A DNA stretch of 64,000 bases, taken from assembly GCA_963734885.1 (NCBI GenBank), contig CAVTIJ010000008.1, positions 129,693 through 193,692 on the forward strand. Reading direction: 5' to 3'. The notes beneath the pieces were generated by a model. That model did no database searches. It saw only the letters and a program-made list of their open reading frames with translations, and had not been told where the DNA came from. Below, piece by piece: positions 51,211 to 60,881 of the stretch; the stretch's first letter is position 1, and each line of letters opens with the position of its first letter. The position numbers and the translations under genes are program-made. Source of the stretch: an uncultured Bacteroidales bacterium. GTDB lineage: Bacteria; Bacteroidota; Bacteroidia; Bacteroidales; VadinHA17.

Positions 51211-51822
51211 TTATGGAGCCACTCTTTTAATAACCCACCGATCTTTATTTTTTGTGTAAGTAAGGCGGTCGTGCAGCCTGAAATTTCCTTCCTGCCAGAA
51301 TTCAAACCAATCAGGAACAAGACGGAAACCGCCCCAGTGTTCAGGTTTTGGAACTGCCATATCGGAGTAAATATTCTTATAAAAAAGGAAACGGTTTTCA
51401 AGATATTCCCGGTCGGGGATGGTTGAACTTTGTTCACTTGCCCAAGATGATAGCTGGCTTTCTTTTGGCCGGGTTTTGAAATACGACTCAGAATCTTCAG
51501 CTGACAGTAACTCAGTCTGGCCTTCAATCCTTATTTGTCGGGCAGATTCAGGCCAATAAAAGAGCAAGGCTGCCCCAGGGTTTGATAACAACTGAATGCC
51601 TTTCCGGCTTTTATAATTTGTGAAGAAGACAAATCCCTTCTTATCATATTCCTTTAATAACACAGTTCTGACTGATGCCTTTCCGTCTTTTGTTGCTGTA
51701 GCCAGACTGACAGAATTGGGGATTTCAATATTGAAGGAAAGGCGATCGGCGTACCATTTTTTAAACTGGTTAAATGGATCGGGATCAATGGTTTTTTCTG
51801 AAAATTCCTTGTTAATTATCAT
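51211..51822 (-). CDS. pdxH: Pyridoxamine 5'-phosphate oxidase
   Basis: RTVLLK, FFTNY.SRKG, RQIRIEG and EFWQ....RLHDR motifs. ATG 51822 is preferred because the longer ORF reads through a REP. Confidence 0.95.
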   Translation of the reverse strand: MIINKEFSEKTIDPDPFNQFKKWYADRLSFNIEIPNSVSLATATKDGKASVRTVLLKEYDKKGFVFFTNYKSRKGIQLLSNPGAALLFYWPESARQIRIEGQTELLSAEDSESYFKTRPKESQLSSWASEQSSTIPDREYLENRFLFYKNIYSDMAVPKPEHWGGFRLVPDWFEFWQEGNFRLHDRLTYTKNKDRWVIKRVAP

Positions 51823-51860
51823 TAATACTATGAGATAAATTAAAAGATTCATCAATTCGA

Positions 51861-51887
51861 TAGAGACGTTGCATGCAACGTCTCTAC
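51861..51887. repeat. REP-like perfect palindrome TAGAGACGTTGCATGCAACGTCTCTA(C)
   Basis: 26-bp perfect palindrome; begins with GTAG on the minus strand. Confidence 0.85.
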
Positions 51888-51982
51888 CAAGGTTACACAT
51901 TAACATTGATTTTAAAGCATTGTTTGAAAAGGAAGAAATTTAAAATTATTCTATATCTTAATCCCAAATAAATTAAACAGAT

Positions 51983-53566
51983 ATGATAACCAGGAAATCC
52001 AACCTTTTTATGACAGCACTTATGACTTTTTGTTTGATGTTTATTCAGACAACAATGAGTGCCAAAACACATTCTGATCTGTCAAAATCAGATATTATCC
52101 CAAAACCTGTTTCAATAAATGCTACAGGGGATTATTTTACTTTAAAATCAGGGTCAGGTATTTACATTAGAGGAGAATCTCCGGAACTAAAGAGAATTGG
52201 ACAATTTCTTGCCGATAAATTAAAATCATCAACAGGTTTCGATATTAGTGTTAAAAGTTCAGATAAAACACCTGGAAACGGGAACATTTTTCTGACTCTG
52301 ACAGGAACCCAGCCCAACCCAAAAATTGGCGATGAAGGATACGAGCTGACCATAACCAAAAAGCTAATTATTCTTACCGCGAACACACCTTCTGGTCTGT
52401 TCCATGGAATTCAGACTATCAGACAGGTGTTCCCTGCAAAGGTTGAAATGTCTTCTGTGCAGGAAGGAACATGGACTGCAGCTACGGGAATTATTACCGA
52501 TTATCCGTCCTATTCATACAGGAGTATGATGCTTGATGTATCACGGCATTTTTTCGGAGTGGAAGATGTAAAGCGATTATTAGATTTTCTAGCTTATTAT
52601 AAAATGGATGCGTTACATCTGCATCTTTCTGATGATCAGGGCTGGAGGATTGAAATCAAATCGTGGCCGAATCTGACTCAGCATGGAGGAAGCACTGCGG
52701 TTGGAGGAGGGAAGGGTGGATTTTATACTCAGGATCAGTATTCGGAGATTGTTAATTATGCAAAAGACCGCTTTATAACAATTGTTCCTGAAATTGATAT
52801 GCCAGGACATACAAATGCTGCTCTTGCTTCTTATGCGGAACTGAATTGCAACGAGAAAGCGACTGAGTTGTATACCGGAATCAATGTAGGTTTCAGTTCA
52901 CTCTGCACAACGCTTGCCGTAACTTATAAATTTATAGATGATGTTGTAAGAGAGCTTGCTGCAATAACCCCGGGCCCATATATTCATATTGGTGGCGACG
53001 AATCGCATTCCACGAAAAGGGAGGATTATATTCCGTTTATTAACAGAGTGCAGGATATTGTTCTTTCAAATGACAAAAAAATTATTGGATGGGATGATAT
53101 AGCAATATCAACACTGAAGCCAAATGTGATTGCGCAGCATTGGGCGAACGTAAAAAATGCACAGATGGCAGTTGACAAGGGTGCAAAAATCCTGATGTCG
53201 CCTGCTATTAAAGCCTATCTTGATATGCAGTATGACAAAACAACAAAGCTTGGATTGCACTGGGCAGCTTACATTGAAGTTGACAGCGCATATATCTGGG
53301 ATCCGGCGACCCTTATTCCGGGAGTAGGGAAGGAGAACATCATTGGAATTGAAGCTGCATTGTGGACAGAGACCATTACGAATATGAAAGATATGGAATA
53401 TATGATATTTCCAAGGCTTCCGGGGTTTGCTGAAATAGGATGGACCACATCTGCCCAAAGAAACTGGAATGAATATAAAGTAAGGTTAGGGAAACAGGGT
53501 GAAAGGTTAAAAGCGATGAATGTAAATTATTATCCCTCGACACTGGTGCCCTGGAGCACGAAATAA
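51983..53566 (+). CDS. GH20 beta-N-acetylhexosaminidase
   Basis: MLDVSRHF, HLSDDQGWR, PEIDMPGH, catalytic HIGGDE and LWTE motifs. Confidence 0.95.
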   Translation: MITRKSNLFMTALMTFCLMFIQTTMSAKTHSDLSKSDIIPKPVSINATGDYFTLKSGSGIYIRGESPELKRIGQFLADKLKSSTGFDISVKSSDKTPGNGNIFLTLTGTQPNPKIGDEGYELTITKKLIILTANTPSGLFHGIQTIRQVFPAKVEMSSVQEGTWTAATGIITDYPSYSYRSMMLDVSRHFFGVEDVKRLLDFLAYYKMDALHLHLSDDQGWRIEIKSWPNLTQHGGSTAVGGGKGGFYTQDQYSEIVNYAKDRFITIVPEIDMPGHTNAALASYAELNCNEKATELYTGINVGFSSLCTTLAVTYKFIDDVVRELAAITPGPYIHIGGDESHSTKREDYIPFINRVQDIVLSNDKKIIGWDDIAISTLKPNVIAQHWANVKNAQMAVDKGAKILMSPAIKAYLDMQYDKTTKLGLHWAAYIEVDSAYIWDPATLIPGVGKENIIGIEAALWTETITNMKDMEYMIFPRLPGFAEIGWTTSAQRNWNEYKVRLGKQGERLKAMNVNYYPSTLVPWSTK

Positions 53567-53601
53567 AATTTATCTTTGTTTCTGACTCTAACGCAGCATT
53601 T

Positions 53602-54618
53602 ATGATCAAAGCGGATAACAAAATCAGCATACCGGTTTTTATCATCCTTGTTGTCTTAAATCTTTCATGCAATAAAAAGATCTCAACCAGGGTTCCGGAT
53701 GTGATAACTACTCCGGCTTCTCAGGTACTTTATTATACAGCATATTCAGGAGGAACAGTTGTAGATGATGGAGGATTAACGGTTTACAGGGGAGTCTGCT
53801 GGAACACTGGTTCAGAGCCTACTATCGACAATGATAAGACAATGGATGGTACCGGAGAAGGCGATTTCACAAGTGCAATGACCGGCTTAAAGCCCGGAAC
53901 CAAATATTACGTAAGAGCTTATGCTTCAAACAATGACGGGATTCAATACGGAGATGAAATAAGATTCACAACCCATATAACCGGAACAAATTTTAATTCC
54001 GGATTGACTTATGGGACCCTGACTGATATCGAAGGCAAAACATATAAAACAATACAGATTGGCGTTCAGACATGGATGGCAGAAAACCTACGAACCACTA
54101 AATTCAATGATGGTACAAGTATTCCATTAGTTGCTTCAAATGCCGGCTGGACAAATCTTGTCACTCCTGCTTACTGCTGGTTTAATAATAATGACACCCT
54201 TTTCGAAAACCTTTATGGAGCATATTATAACTGGTTTGCGGTTAGTTCCGGCAAGCTATGCCCTACCGGTTGGCATGTCCCGGATGATTCTGAGTGGCAA
54301 TTACTTGTTAATTTTCTTGGCGGCGACGAAGATGCCGGATCAAAATTAAAAGAAGCAGGTACGAATAACTGGATTTTTTCAAATAAAGATGCAACCAACC
54401 AGAGTGGTTTTACGGCTCTACCAGCGGGATTGCGTGAAAGCAGTTATGGTATTTTTCAGGGAAATGGAAGTTTTGGCGGATGGTGGTCTGCAACAGAAAT
54501 CAGCACGGGCTCATTGGGTGTTGCCTGGAGCAGGTCTATTCATGGAGACACGACTGTGGTTGGAAGGAATCAGATCTTTAAAAAAGACGGATTTACAATC
54601 CGATGTATTAAATATTAA
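53602..54618 (+). CDS. Lipoprotein with Fn3-like and FISUMP (Fibrobacter succinogenes major paralogous) domains
   Basis: LSC lipobox; YYVRAYA; IG.QTWMAENL, YG.YYNW and CP.GWHVP motifs. Confidence 0.9.
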   Translation: MIKADNKISIPVFIILVVLNLSCNKKISTRVPDVITTPASQVLYYTAYSGGTVVDDGGLTVYRGVCWNTGSEPTIDNDKTMDGTGEGDFTSAMTGLKPGTKYYVRAYASNNDGIQYGDEIRFTTHITGTNFNSGLTYGTLTDIEGKTYKTIQIGVQTWMAENLRTTKFNDGTSIPLVASNAGWTNLVTPAYCWFNNNDTLFENLYGAYYNWFAVSSGKLCPTGWHVPDDSEWQLLVNFLGGDEDAGSKLKEAGTNNWIFSNKDATNQSGFTALPAGLRESSYGIFQGNGSFGGWWSATEISTGSLGVAWSRSIHGDTTVVGRNQIFKKDGFTIRCIKY

Positions 54619-54633
54619 ACAGAACATTATGGT

Positions 54634-54666
54634 AAAAAAAGAAGGTGCCCATTTGACACCTTCTTC
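54634..54666. terminator. Terminator, probably bidirectional
   Basis: AAAAAAAGAAGGTG...CACCTTCTT between convergent genes. Confidence 0.7.
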
Positions 54667-54686
54667 AGTATTATACAATGAATTAT

Positions 54687-55703
54687 CTACCACCATCGTC
54701 TGAAAATGCGGCCGAATCTCCTGTCAAAGCTGGTTGTAGTTCCCGTCTGATTGTTCTTTACGGTTACAAGTGTGAAATGAGGATGGGAAGGATCCGCTTC
54801 AAATATTATCTGATATGAGTCAGTGCCAACCGTATAAGTCATTGTTCCGCTTGAAATTATCAAACTGCCTTTATAAATTGTTACCTCAAGCGGAGTTGTA
54901 ATGTTTTTTGAATAACTATCACCTTTCTCGTCGGTACCCGTTACAGTACCTGTATAGGAAATTGTATCGGATGAAGCGACAAATCTCCATAAGATACGGT
55001 GAGGTTCGAGTGGCCTGTAGATTATGTTCCTGAAATGATAAACGGCGGTTCTGACTTTGTTGACATTCCTCGTGAATTTAAGTGTATCGGTTTTTCCTGT
55101 GCTGACCACTGCAAAACGTGTAGCTGCGGTGATATTATCAATAACAGACAATCTTTCAGACAGGAAGCCCTTAAATTTTAAAGTTGCACTTTGCCTGCTT
55201 ACAGTACGGGTACCATTAATGGTAACGGTAGTGCTGTCGGTACTGACAGAGAAATTGTTAAAAACAAGAGCCCTGGTTACTAATTTCCGATGATTAGGAT
55301 TTGCACTTGTTATCGTAACTGTGATTTTTCCATTCTTAGTGATGTTCTCGTTAATTGAGCTATCCTTATAATTATAGAAAGTAAGTGTGACCACTTTAGG
55401 GAAAGTTGTTGTATCGGGGTGATCAACGGTAATCACTACAGTATCATTCAAAGAGCCAAGCGCTTTAGTTGTAATACCTGAATAATTATTGTTTTGTAAT
55501 TCGTCAAGTTTGCTATCAACATCTTCTTCAGTCTTATCTGCAAGCGCATCCTGGGCGTCAGCATTCTGAAGCTGAATTACCTGTTTGCCGGCAAGAGTGT
55601 TATTGTTGGTAGTAGTGGTATCCTTCTTGCATGAGTATAGTGAAAGGGCTCCTGCTAAAAGGAAGAAGAGCAACCTAAAAAAAATCTTTCTTTTCATAAT
55701 CAT
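54687..55703 (-). CDS. Hypothetical lipoprotein
   Basis: YSCKKD lipobox; Thr-rich beta-strand pattern. Confidence 0.75.
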   Translation of the reverse strand: MIMKRKIFFRLLFFLLAGALSLYSCKKDTTTTNNNTLAGKQVIQLQNADAQDALADKTEEDVDSKLDELQNNNYSGITTKALGSLNDTVVITVDHPDTTTFPKVVTLTFYNYKDSSINENITKNGKITVTITSANPNHRKLVTRALVFNNFSVSTDSTTVTINGTRTVSRQSATLKFKGFLSERLSVIDNITAATRFAVVSTGKTDTLKFTRNVNKVRTAVYHFRNIIYRPLEPHRILWRFVASSDTISYTGTVTGTDEKGDSYSKNITTPLEVTIYKGSLIISSGTMTYTVGTDSYQIIFEADPSHPHFTLVTVKNNQTGTTTSFDRRFGRIFRRWW

Positions 55704-55811
55704 CTAATTTTAGTTAAAGGTTAAATGTGTTACTCTTTTTAGATGGTGCTATTTCTAAAAGGTTTAATAACCTCGTAAAATATATTTTCGATTTTTAAGG
55801 TTCTCAATAAT

Positions 55812-56288
55812 CTATTGTTTTATTAGCTGTCCTCTGATCTCTCCGGCAGGGTATACTGCCGAGTGGACATTTACATAGTACAGATTAGCATTCAATGCGG
55901 AATCCTGTGAGGTTGTCAGAACGGGTGATGTATAATTGATCGGGGAGGTTATTGGAGGGGTGAATGGGAAAATCACATTTCCGGCAACACCAACCGGGCC
56001 CTTGTGAATATGAGAAGCCGTTGCTGTCAACCCTGAAAAGTGCACTACAATTGAAAATATTTTAGTGTCTTTATTATAAGTAAGAGTAGCGTCGCCTGTT
56101 GCGGTAGAGGAATTCGGGGGTGTTTCACTTTCTCCTTTTAATGTTGCTTTAAAGACGACATCGGAGGAACTTTTTTTGCAGGAGGCTGCGATAATTACCA
56201 AACTGGCAAAAAAAACGAACTGAATTTTCCTCAGGATTTGGCTCCTTTTCACCAAAATTATATCCTTACTATAAGTTTTTGATTTCAT
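55812..56288 (-). CDS. CHRD domain lipoprotein
   Basis: L.G..E.PP.SSTATG, ASHIH and YVNVHS..YP.GEIRGQ motifs; start uncertain. Confidence 0.88.
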   Translation of the reverse strand: MKSKTYSKDIILVKRSQILRKIQFVFFASLVIIAASCKKSSSDVVFKATLKGESETPPNSSTATGDATLTYNKDTKIFSIVVHFSGLTATASHIHKGPVGVAGNVIFPFTPPITSPINYTSPVLTTSQDSALNANLYYVNVHSAVYPAGEIRGQLIKQ

Positions 56289-56553
56289 GACCTTAATTAT
56301 TAGTTTATTTTTTGAATCACAAACTATGGTAAGTTTTAACAATATGAGAGAGGGAAATGTTTAGATAACCTGTCATTTTATGAAAGAATTGCTGCCCATG
56401 GTTCTTACTAATTTTAAAGTACTTGCAGATCGGATAAGCTAAAATTCATCAAAATCTCAAAATCTCCCTGAATGAATTAACCTTATTGATTTTGAAATGT
56501 TTTATCTTGTGGATAATTCTGACTTATAGATCAGTAACATAAAAACCAACACT

Positions 56554-57024
56554 ATGAAAAGATTAATATCCCTGGTTCTTTGCGTATTTCTCATCGGTGG
56601 ATTTGCCGGCACAAGCAGCTGTAAGAAAACAGATAAAATCAAAGGGTGCACAGATAAGGACAGCAAAAACTATGACCCTGCTGCCCAGGAAAATGATGGA
56701 AGCTGTTTATATGAAGGCGCTGTTGTATTCTGGTATGATCAGACCGCTTCAGCAGGACTTATTGCCGACAGTGCCACCTCGGTGACATTTTATATCAACG
56801 GGGCAATAGTTGGTTCAACTGTTACCAGTATTTTTTGGGCGACTGCTCCTATTTGTGGTCAAAATGGATCCATTACAGTAAATGAGGATCTCGGAAAGGT
56901 AAAGACGCAGGCGTATACGCTTAGTGTGAAAGACCAGACAGGATTTGAATACTGGAATGCAACTGTTAATGTCACAGCGAATACCTGTATCCAGTTTCAG
57001 TTGCTCTGGAGCAAGAAGAAATAA
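56554..57024 (+). CDS. Hypothetical lipoprotein with a GCTD....NYDP.A...DGSC repeat unit
   Basis: SSCKK lipobox and the Cys-containing motif. Confidence 0.75.
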   Translation: MKRLISLVLCVFLIGGFAGTSSCKKTDKIKGCTDKDSKNYDPAAQENDGSCLYEGAVVFWYDQTASAGLIADSATSVTFYINGAIVGSTVTSIFWATAPICGQNGSITVNEDLGKVKTQAYTLSVKDQTGFEYWNATVNVTANTCIQFQLLWSKKK

Positions 57025-57025
57025 G

Positions 57026-57910
57026 TCAGCGTAAATTCAAAGGTTGAATGTTATCTGGTAGTTTATCAATCGGTGTAATCCGGAGATTCCTGTAAAAGAC
57101 CTCCGAGCCTTCAGATTGGATCTGAATTTTTCCCCTTGTTAAAGGAATTTCTTTTCCTTCAATTGTCTGTCGGGAATTGTGAAGTATCATATTAACCATA
57201 CCGTTAACCACATGTATGCTTGTGGTGCCGAAACAATATAAATCTATTGTGTTCCATTCTCCTGATGGTTTTTCGGCATCGGGAAATTTAATACACCTGC
57301 GGCCGGCAGGGCTGGTGATGCTGAAAGTCACAGGGTTTCCGCCTTCGTTAAAAATATATGTTGAATCAGACTTTTTATTTGAATTAACATCTGCAATTGC
57401 CCCTGCACACGCCCAGTAGTCACCACAATCTCCCTCTTCGATCTGGAACTCATGCGATCTCATCCAATTTCCGCCATCTGCTCCTTGCGGCCCCACAGCA
57501 TCATACATTATACCACTGTCTCTTTTTGCTTTTTTCCTTGGGGGCCATTTCATGTCTCCCCAGCGGAACTGAAGTTGCAGATGATAATTTTCAAATTCAC
57601 TCTTGGTGGAAATGCCACCGAAATATTCACCTGAGATTCTAATCACTTTGGTGTTTCCCTCTTTCACAACGGTAAAGACTTTCGACGGATCTGTATTGAG
57701 ACCGATGGGAATAGTACCGAACTTCTTAAGGGTTGTGTCATATCGGGGACCAAGATAAGTATCCCAACCTGTTAAATCCTTTCCATTAAATAATGGTTTC
57801 CATTTTTGGCCGGAAGAACAACTGCTAAAGATGAAAATAATCAAAGCGGATGCAAATAAGTTTTTATAGTTCACGCTGATAGTTTTTGCAGGAAGGTATA
57901 GCGTATGCAA
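57026..57910 (-). CDS. DUF1080 / 3-keto-disaccharide hydrolase family lipoprotein
   Basis: LFNGKDLTGW, DSGI, EFQI, GEWN and G.IQIQSEG...YRN motifs; start uncertain. Confidence 0.88.
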   Translation of the reverse strand: MHTLYLPAKTISVNYKNLFASALIIFIFSSCSSGQKWKPLFNGKDLTGWDTYLGPRYDTTLKKFGTIPIGLNTDPSKVFTVVKEGNTKVIRISGEYFGGISTKSEFENYHLQLQFRWGDMKWPPRKKAKRDSGIMYDAVGPQGADGGNWMRSHEFQIEEGDCGDYWACAGAIADVNSNKKSDSTYIFNEGGNPVTFSITSPAGRRCIKFPDAEKPSGEWNTIDLYCFGTTSIHVVNGMVNMILHNSRQTIEGKEIPLTRGKIQIQSEGSEVFYRNLRITPIDKLPDNIQPLNLR

Positions 57911-58068
57911 AATCCTTCCACAGTTTTACATTATAAAATTACAACATTTTTGTTGATCACAAAGTTACACGGAGTAATCACGGGACCAGTGACACTCCGG
58001 TAAACTTCGTGGGATTTATTTCTAAAATCTCCTTAGTGAACAAATAGCAATTTTCTCCTGAATTCTAA

Positions 58069-58536
58069 TTAATAACCTGGTGTTGATGGAGTGCCGGGTG
58101 TTGTAGGTGTAGTCGGCATGTTAGTTGGTGCTGTAGCGCTGACTACAACTGTTGCTACCATCGTAGGATGAATTTTGCAGTGGTACGGGAATGTACCTGC
58201 GGTAGTAAAGGTGTGGCTAAAAGATGAACCGGCAGGGACGTTCCCGCTGTCAAACACACCGGTATCGCTGGTAACTGTATGCGTAATAGCATCTTTATTA
58301 GTCCAGGTCACGGTTGAATTTACTGCAACCGTTATTGTGGACGGGCTGAAGGTCATTCCCTGGATTGTAACTGCGTTCGTTCCCGGACCGCCAGTGCCGC
58401 CGGAACCGTTTGCGCTGGGAGACGGGTTCATGTCTTTCGACTTGCTGCAACTATTTATAATAATAAGTATTGCAATTATTATTGTTCCCGGAAGAAACTT
58501 TTTTCTGAATTCTGTTATCTTTTTCATGGCAAACAT
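58069..58536 (-). CDS. Plastocyanin/cupredoxin-domain lipoprotein
   Basis: F.P.TITV, WTN.D...HTV and type-1 copper ligands YHC.IH..M; Pro/Thr tail. Confidence 0.9.
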   Translation of the reverse strand: MFAMKKITEFRKKFLPGTIIIAILIIINSCSKSKDMNPSPSANGSGGTGGPGTNAVTIQGMTFSPSTITVAVNSTVTWTNKDAITHTVTSDTGVFDSGNVPAGSSFSHTFTTAGTFPYHCKIHPTMVATVVVSATAPTNMPTTPTTPGTPSTPGY

Positions 58537-58699
58537 TATTTAATTAATTTAGATTAAATAAACATTGCATTAAAGAGATAAAGCGCTCAAATTACATGCC
58601 AAAGGATAGCATATCAGTAGTATTCTTTATTGGCAACAGAAAAGTTTAAATTCGGGAAGAATTTAAATATCAATTACCATGCAATTAATTAACTGATTG

Positions 58700-59431
58700 T
58701 TATTGCAGTTTATCGAATGAGATCATATCATTCAGGTTCTTTTTGGGTGGTTTTGCAGGCCATTCAACAGGGACTCCCAATGGAGTTATACAGACACGGG
58801 TATAGTTATCAGGTATTTGAAGAACTTCTTTTGTGACACTTTCAGAGATAGCATCGGTGATGAAAACGGTGCCATAGCCTAAAGCTCTAGCTGCGAGCAT
58901 CATATATCCGGCAGCCAATGGCCCGTCCCAATGATTATAATCGGGATATTTTGAATTATTATCGGTTAAGACTACAATGAATACCGGAGCAGAAAAATAA
59001 CCTGCAGAAAGATTTTTTCTTATTTTGGCTTCAAACTGTTCCTTTGTTTCACTTGTAGGATTGGCGCCATAATCAGACAGTGATTCATTAACGCACGCTT
59101 CCATCATCTGATCGATTAATTTCTTGTCCCTTATTACAAGGAACTTCCAGGGCTGCTGATTACCAGAGGTTGGAGCCATGCGTGCAGCATCTAAAATCTT
59201 TATGATTTTTGTTTCGGGTATTGGATCGGGTTTAAATTTTCTGACCGACCGGCGATTATAAATTACATTCCAGATGTCAGTCATCTGGGTGCTGCTGCTT
59301 GTTTTCTTAACGATAGTTTTCGGATTTGCTTTATCCGGCATTGAGCTTTTTGTTTGGGCTGTAGCTGATATTGTGATAATCAGGCTTAGAAAGACTGGCA
59401 AGATTCTGATAATCTTGATTTTTGTATTCAT
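58700..59431 (-). CDS. Nitroreductase family protein with signal peptide
   Basis: RRSVRKF, APTSGNQQPW and LAARALG motifs. Confidence 0.9.
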   Translation of the reverse strand: MNTKIKIIRILPVFLSLIITISATAQTKSSMPDKANPKTIVKKTSSSTQMTDIWNVIYNRRSVRKFKPDPIPETKIIKILDAARMAPTSGNQQPWKFLVIRDKKLIDQMMEACVNESLSDYGANPTSETKEQFEAKIRKNLSAGYFSAPVFIVVLTDNNSKYPDYNHWDGPLAAGYMMLAARALGYGTVFITDAISESVTKEVLQIPDNYTRVCITPLGVPVEWPAKPPKKNLNDMISFDKLQ

Positions 59432-59601
59432 TATCTGAGGTTTAAAATTCTGATTTTATGCAAACTTAACAGAATTATTTTACCCAAATGATGAGAGAAC
59501 TCATCAGAATACAAAAACATTCCTCATCAGCCGGAATTGTGACGAAGTTTCTATAAGATGGTCTCGAACAAATCTGAAGGATCGCCTTTTCAGAATGGTG
59601 A

Positions 59602-59961
59602 TTATTCCTTAAGAGCGAGATCGGTAAACGAAACTTTTTGCAATGGCACTTCAAATGTTTCCAGGAGCATTTTTATGCTGCTAAACCACCTTGCATAGGA
59701 TAAAAATTTTTCCATTTCAGCTTTTGAACATTTTTCCTCGTTTACCACCCTCTCCAGCTTAACAAATTCCTGAGCCCGGATTATTAAATCTTCCAGCAAC
59801 TTTTTTTCTTCTTTATTGGTGCATTTTCTTTTAGTGATCCTGACTAATTGTTCTCTTGTCCTTGAATCCAAATGTCCGAACCCGGTCTGGATCTGGACCA
59901 CAAACTTCTTTAGCTGATTAACATACTCGATCTCTTTTTTCATTGACATTCCTCCCCACAT
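59602..59961 (-). CDS. Hypothetical helical protein
   Basis: 119-aa ORF filling an otherwise empty gap; no recognised motif; may start at an internal ATG. Confidence 0.5.
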   Translation of the reverse strand: MWGGMSMKKEIEYVNQLKKFVVQIQTGFGHLDSRTREQLVRITKRKCTNKEEKKLLEDLIIRAQEFVKLERVVNEEKCSKAEMEKFLSYARWFSSIKMLLETFEVPLQKVSFTDLALKE

Positions 59962-60153
59962 TAGTTACATAAAAACTATCCAAAAACATCTTCTAAAAAA
60001 CGAGAATTGAATGTACCAGATTGTATGTGCTCAAATATAAATTCAATATTCTGTACTGGGCATTTCCCTCTAATAAAACATCAAAATCTGCAAGTTTGTT
60101 CTAAAAAAGGCAGAGCAGATATATTAGCCTGATTCTACAAGACTTATCACAAT

Positions 60154-60171
60154 CAGATTTTGTCCAGAATT
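60154..60171 (+). promoter_or_regulatory. OmpR-type direct repeat box (CAGAWT, 11-bp period)
   Basis: CAGATTTTGTCCAGAATT upstream of the response regulator. Confidence 0.6.
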
Positions 60172-60203
60172 ACATTCTATATTTACAAGGTTAATTTTTA
60201 ATA

Positions 60204-60881
60204 ATGAAGATTCTGATTATTGAAGACGAAAAAGAACTCGTTGCCGCAATAAAAAGTTTCCTCGAAACAGAGGGATTTCTCGTTGAGACAGCGTACTCAT
60301 TTTTTGAAGCCGAAGATTCTCTTTCAACCTTTATATACGATATTATCATTCTCGATCTGACTTTGCCGGGAGGAAACGGACTTGATCTGATAAAGACTAT
60401 TAAAGACATAAACAGGAAGGCTGGTCTGCTGATTGTTTCTGCAAAAAACAGTCTTGATGACAAGATCACCGGACTTGATATGGGGGCTGATGATTACATA
60501 ACGAAGCCTTTTCATCTCGCAGAACTTAATTCGCGTATTAAATCTCTTGCGAGGAGAAGGCATTTTGATGGTTCGAATGTATTAATTTTTAATGAGATAA
60601 GAATTGACACGGAATCCAATGAAGTTTTTATTAACAGCTCACTGCTCGATCTGACAAAGACAGAATATGAGATCCTGCTCTATTTTGTCGTTAACAGGAA
60701 CAAGGTAATCACACGTGAATCAATTGCGGAACATGTTTGGGGAAACAGTATATCATGCTCAGATAATTTCGATTTTATATATAGTCATATAAAGAATATC
60801 AGGAAAAAAATTGAGCTTAACGACGGAAAAAACTATCTCCAGAATATTTATGGCATAGGATATAAATTCTCTGAGCGATGA
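60204..60881 (+). CDS. OmpR-family response regulator
   Basis: IIEDE, LDLTLPGGNG and GADDYITKPF motifs; winged-helix end GIGY. Confidence 0.95.
   Translation: MKILIIEDEKELVAAIKSFLETEGFLVETAYSFFEAEDSLSTFIYDIIILDLTLPGGNGLDLIKTIKDINRKAGLLIVSAKNSLDDKITGLDMGADDYITKPFHLAELNSRIKSLARRRHFDGSNVLIFNEIRIDTESNEVFINSSLLDLTKTEYEILLYFVVNRNKVITRESIAEHVWGNSISCSDNFDFIYSHIKNIRKKIELNDGKNYLQNIYGIGYKFSER

Noticed and set aside
51823-51906. N-terminal extension of PdxH (MLMCNLGRDVACNVS)
   Set aside because: It results from reading through a REP palindrome; ATG 51822 is the more plausible start.
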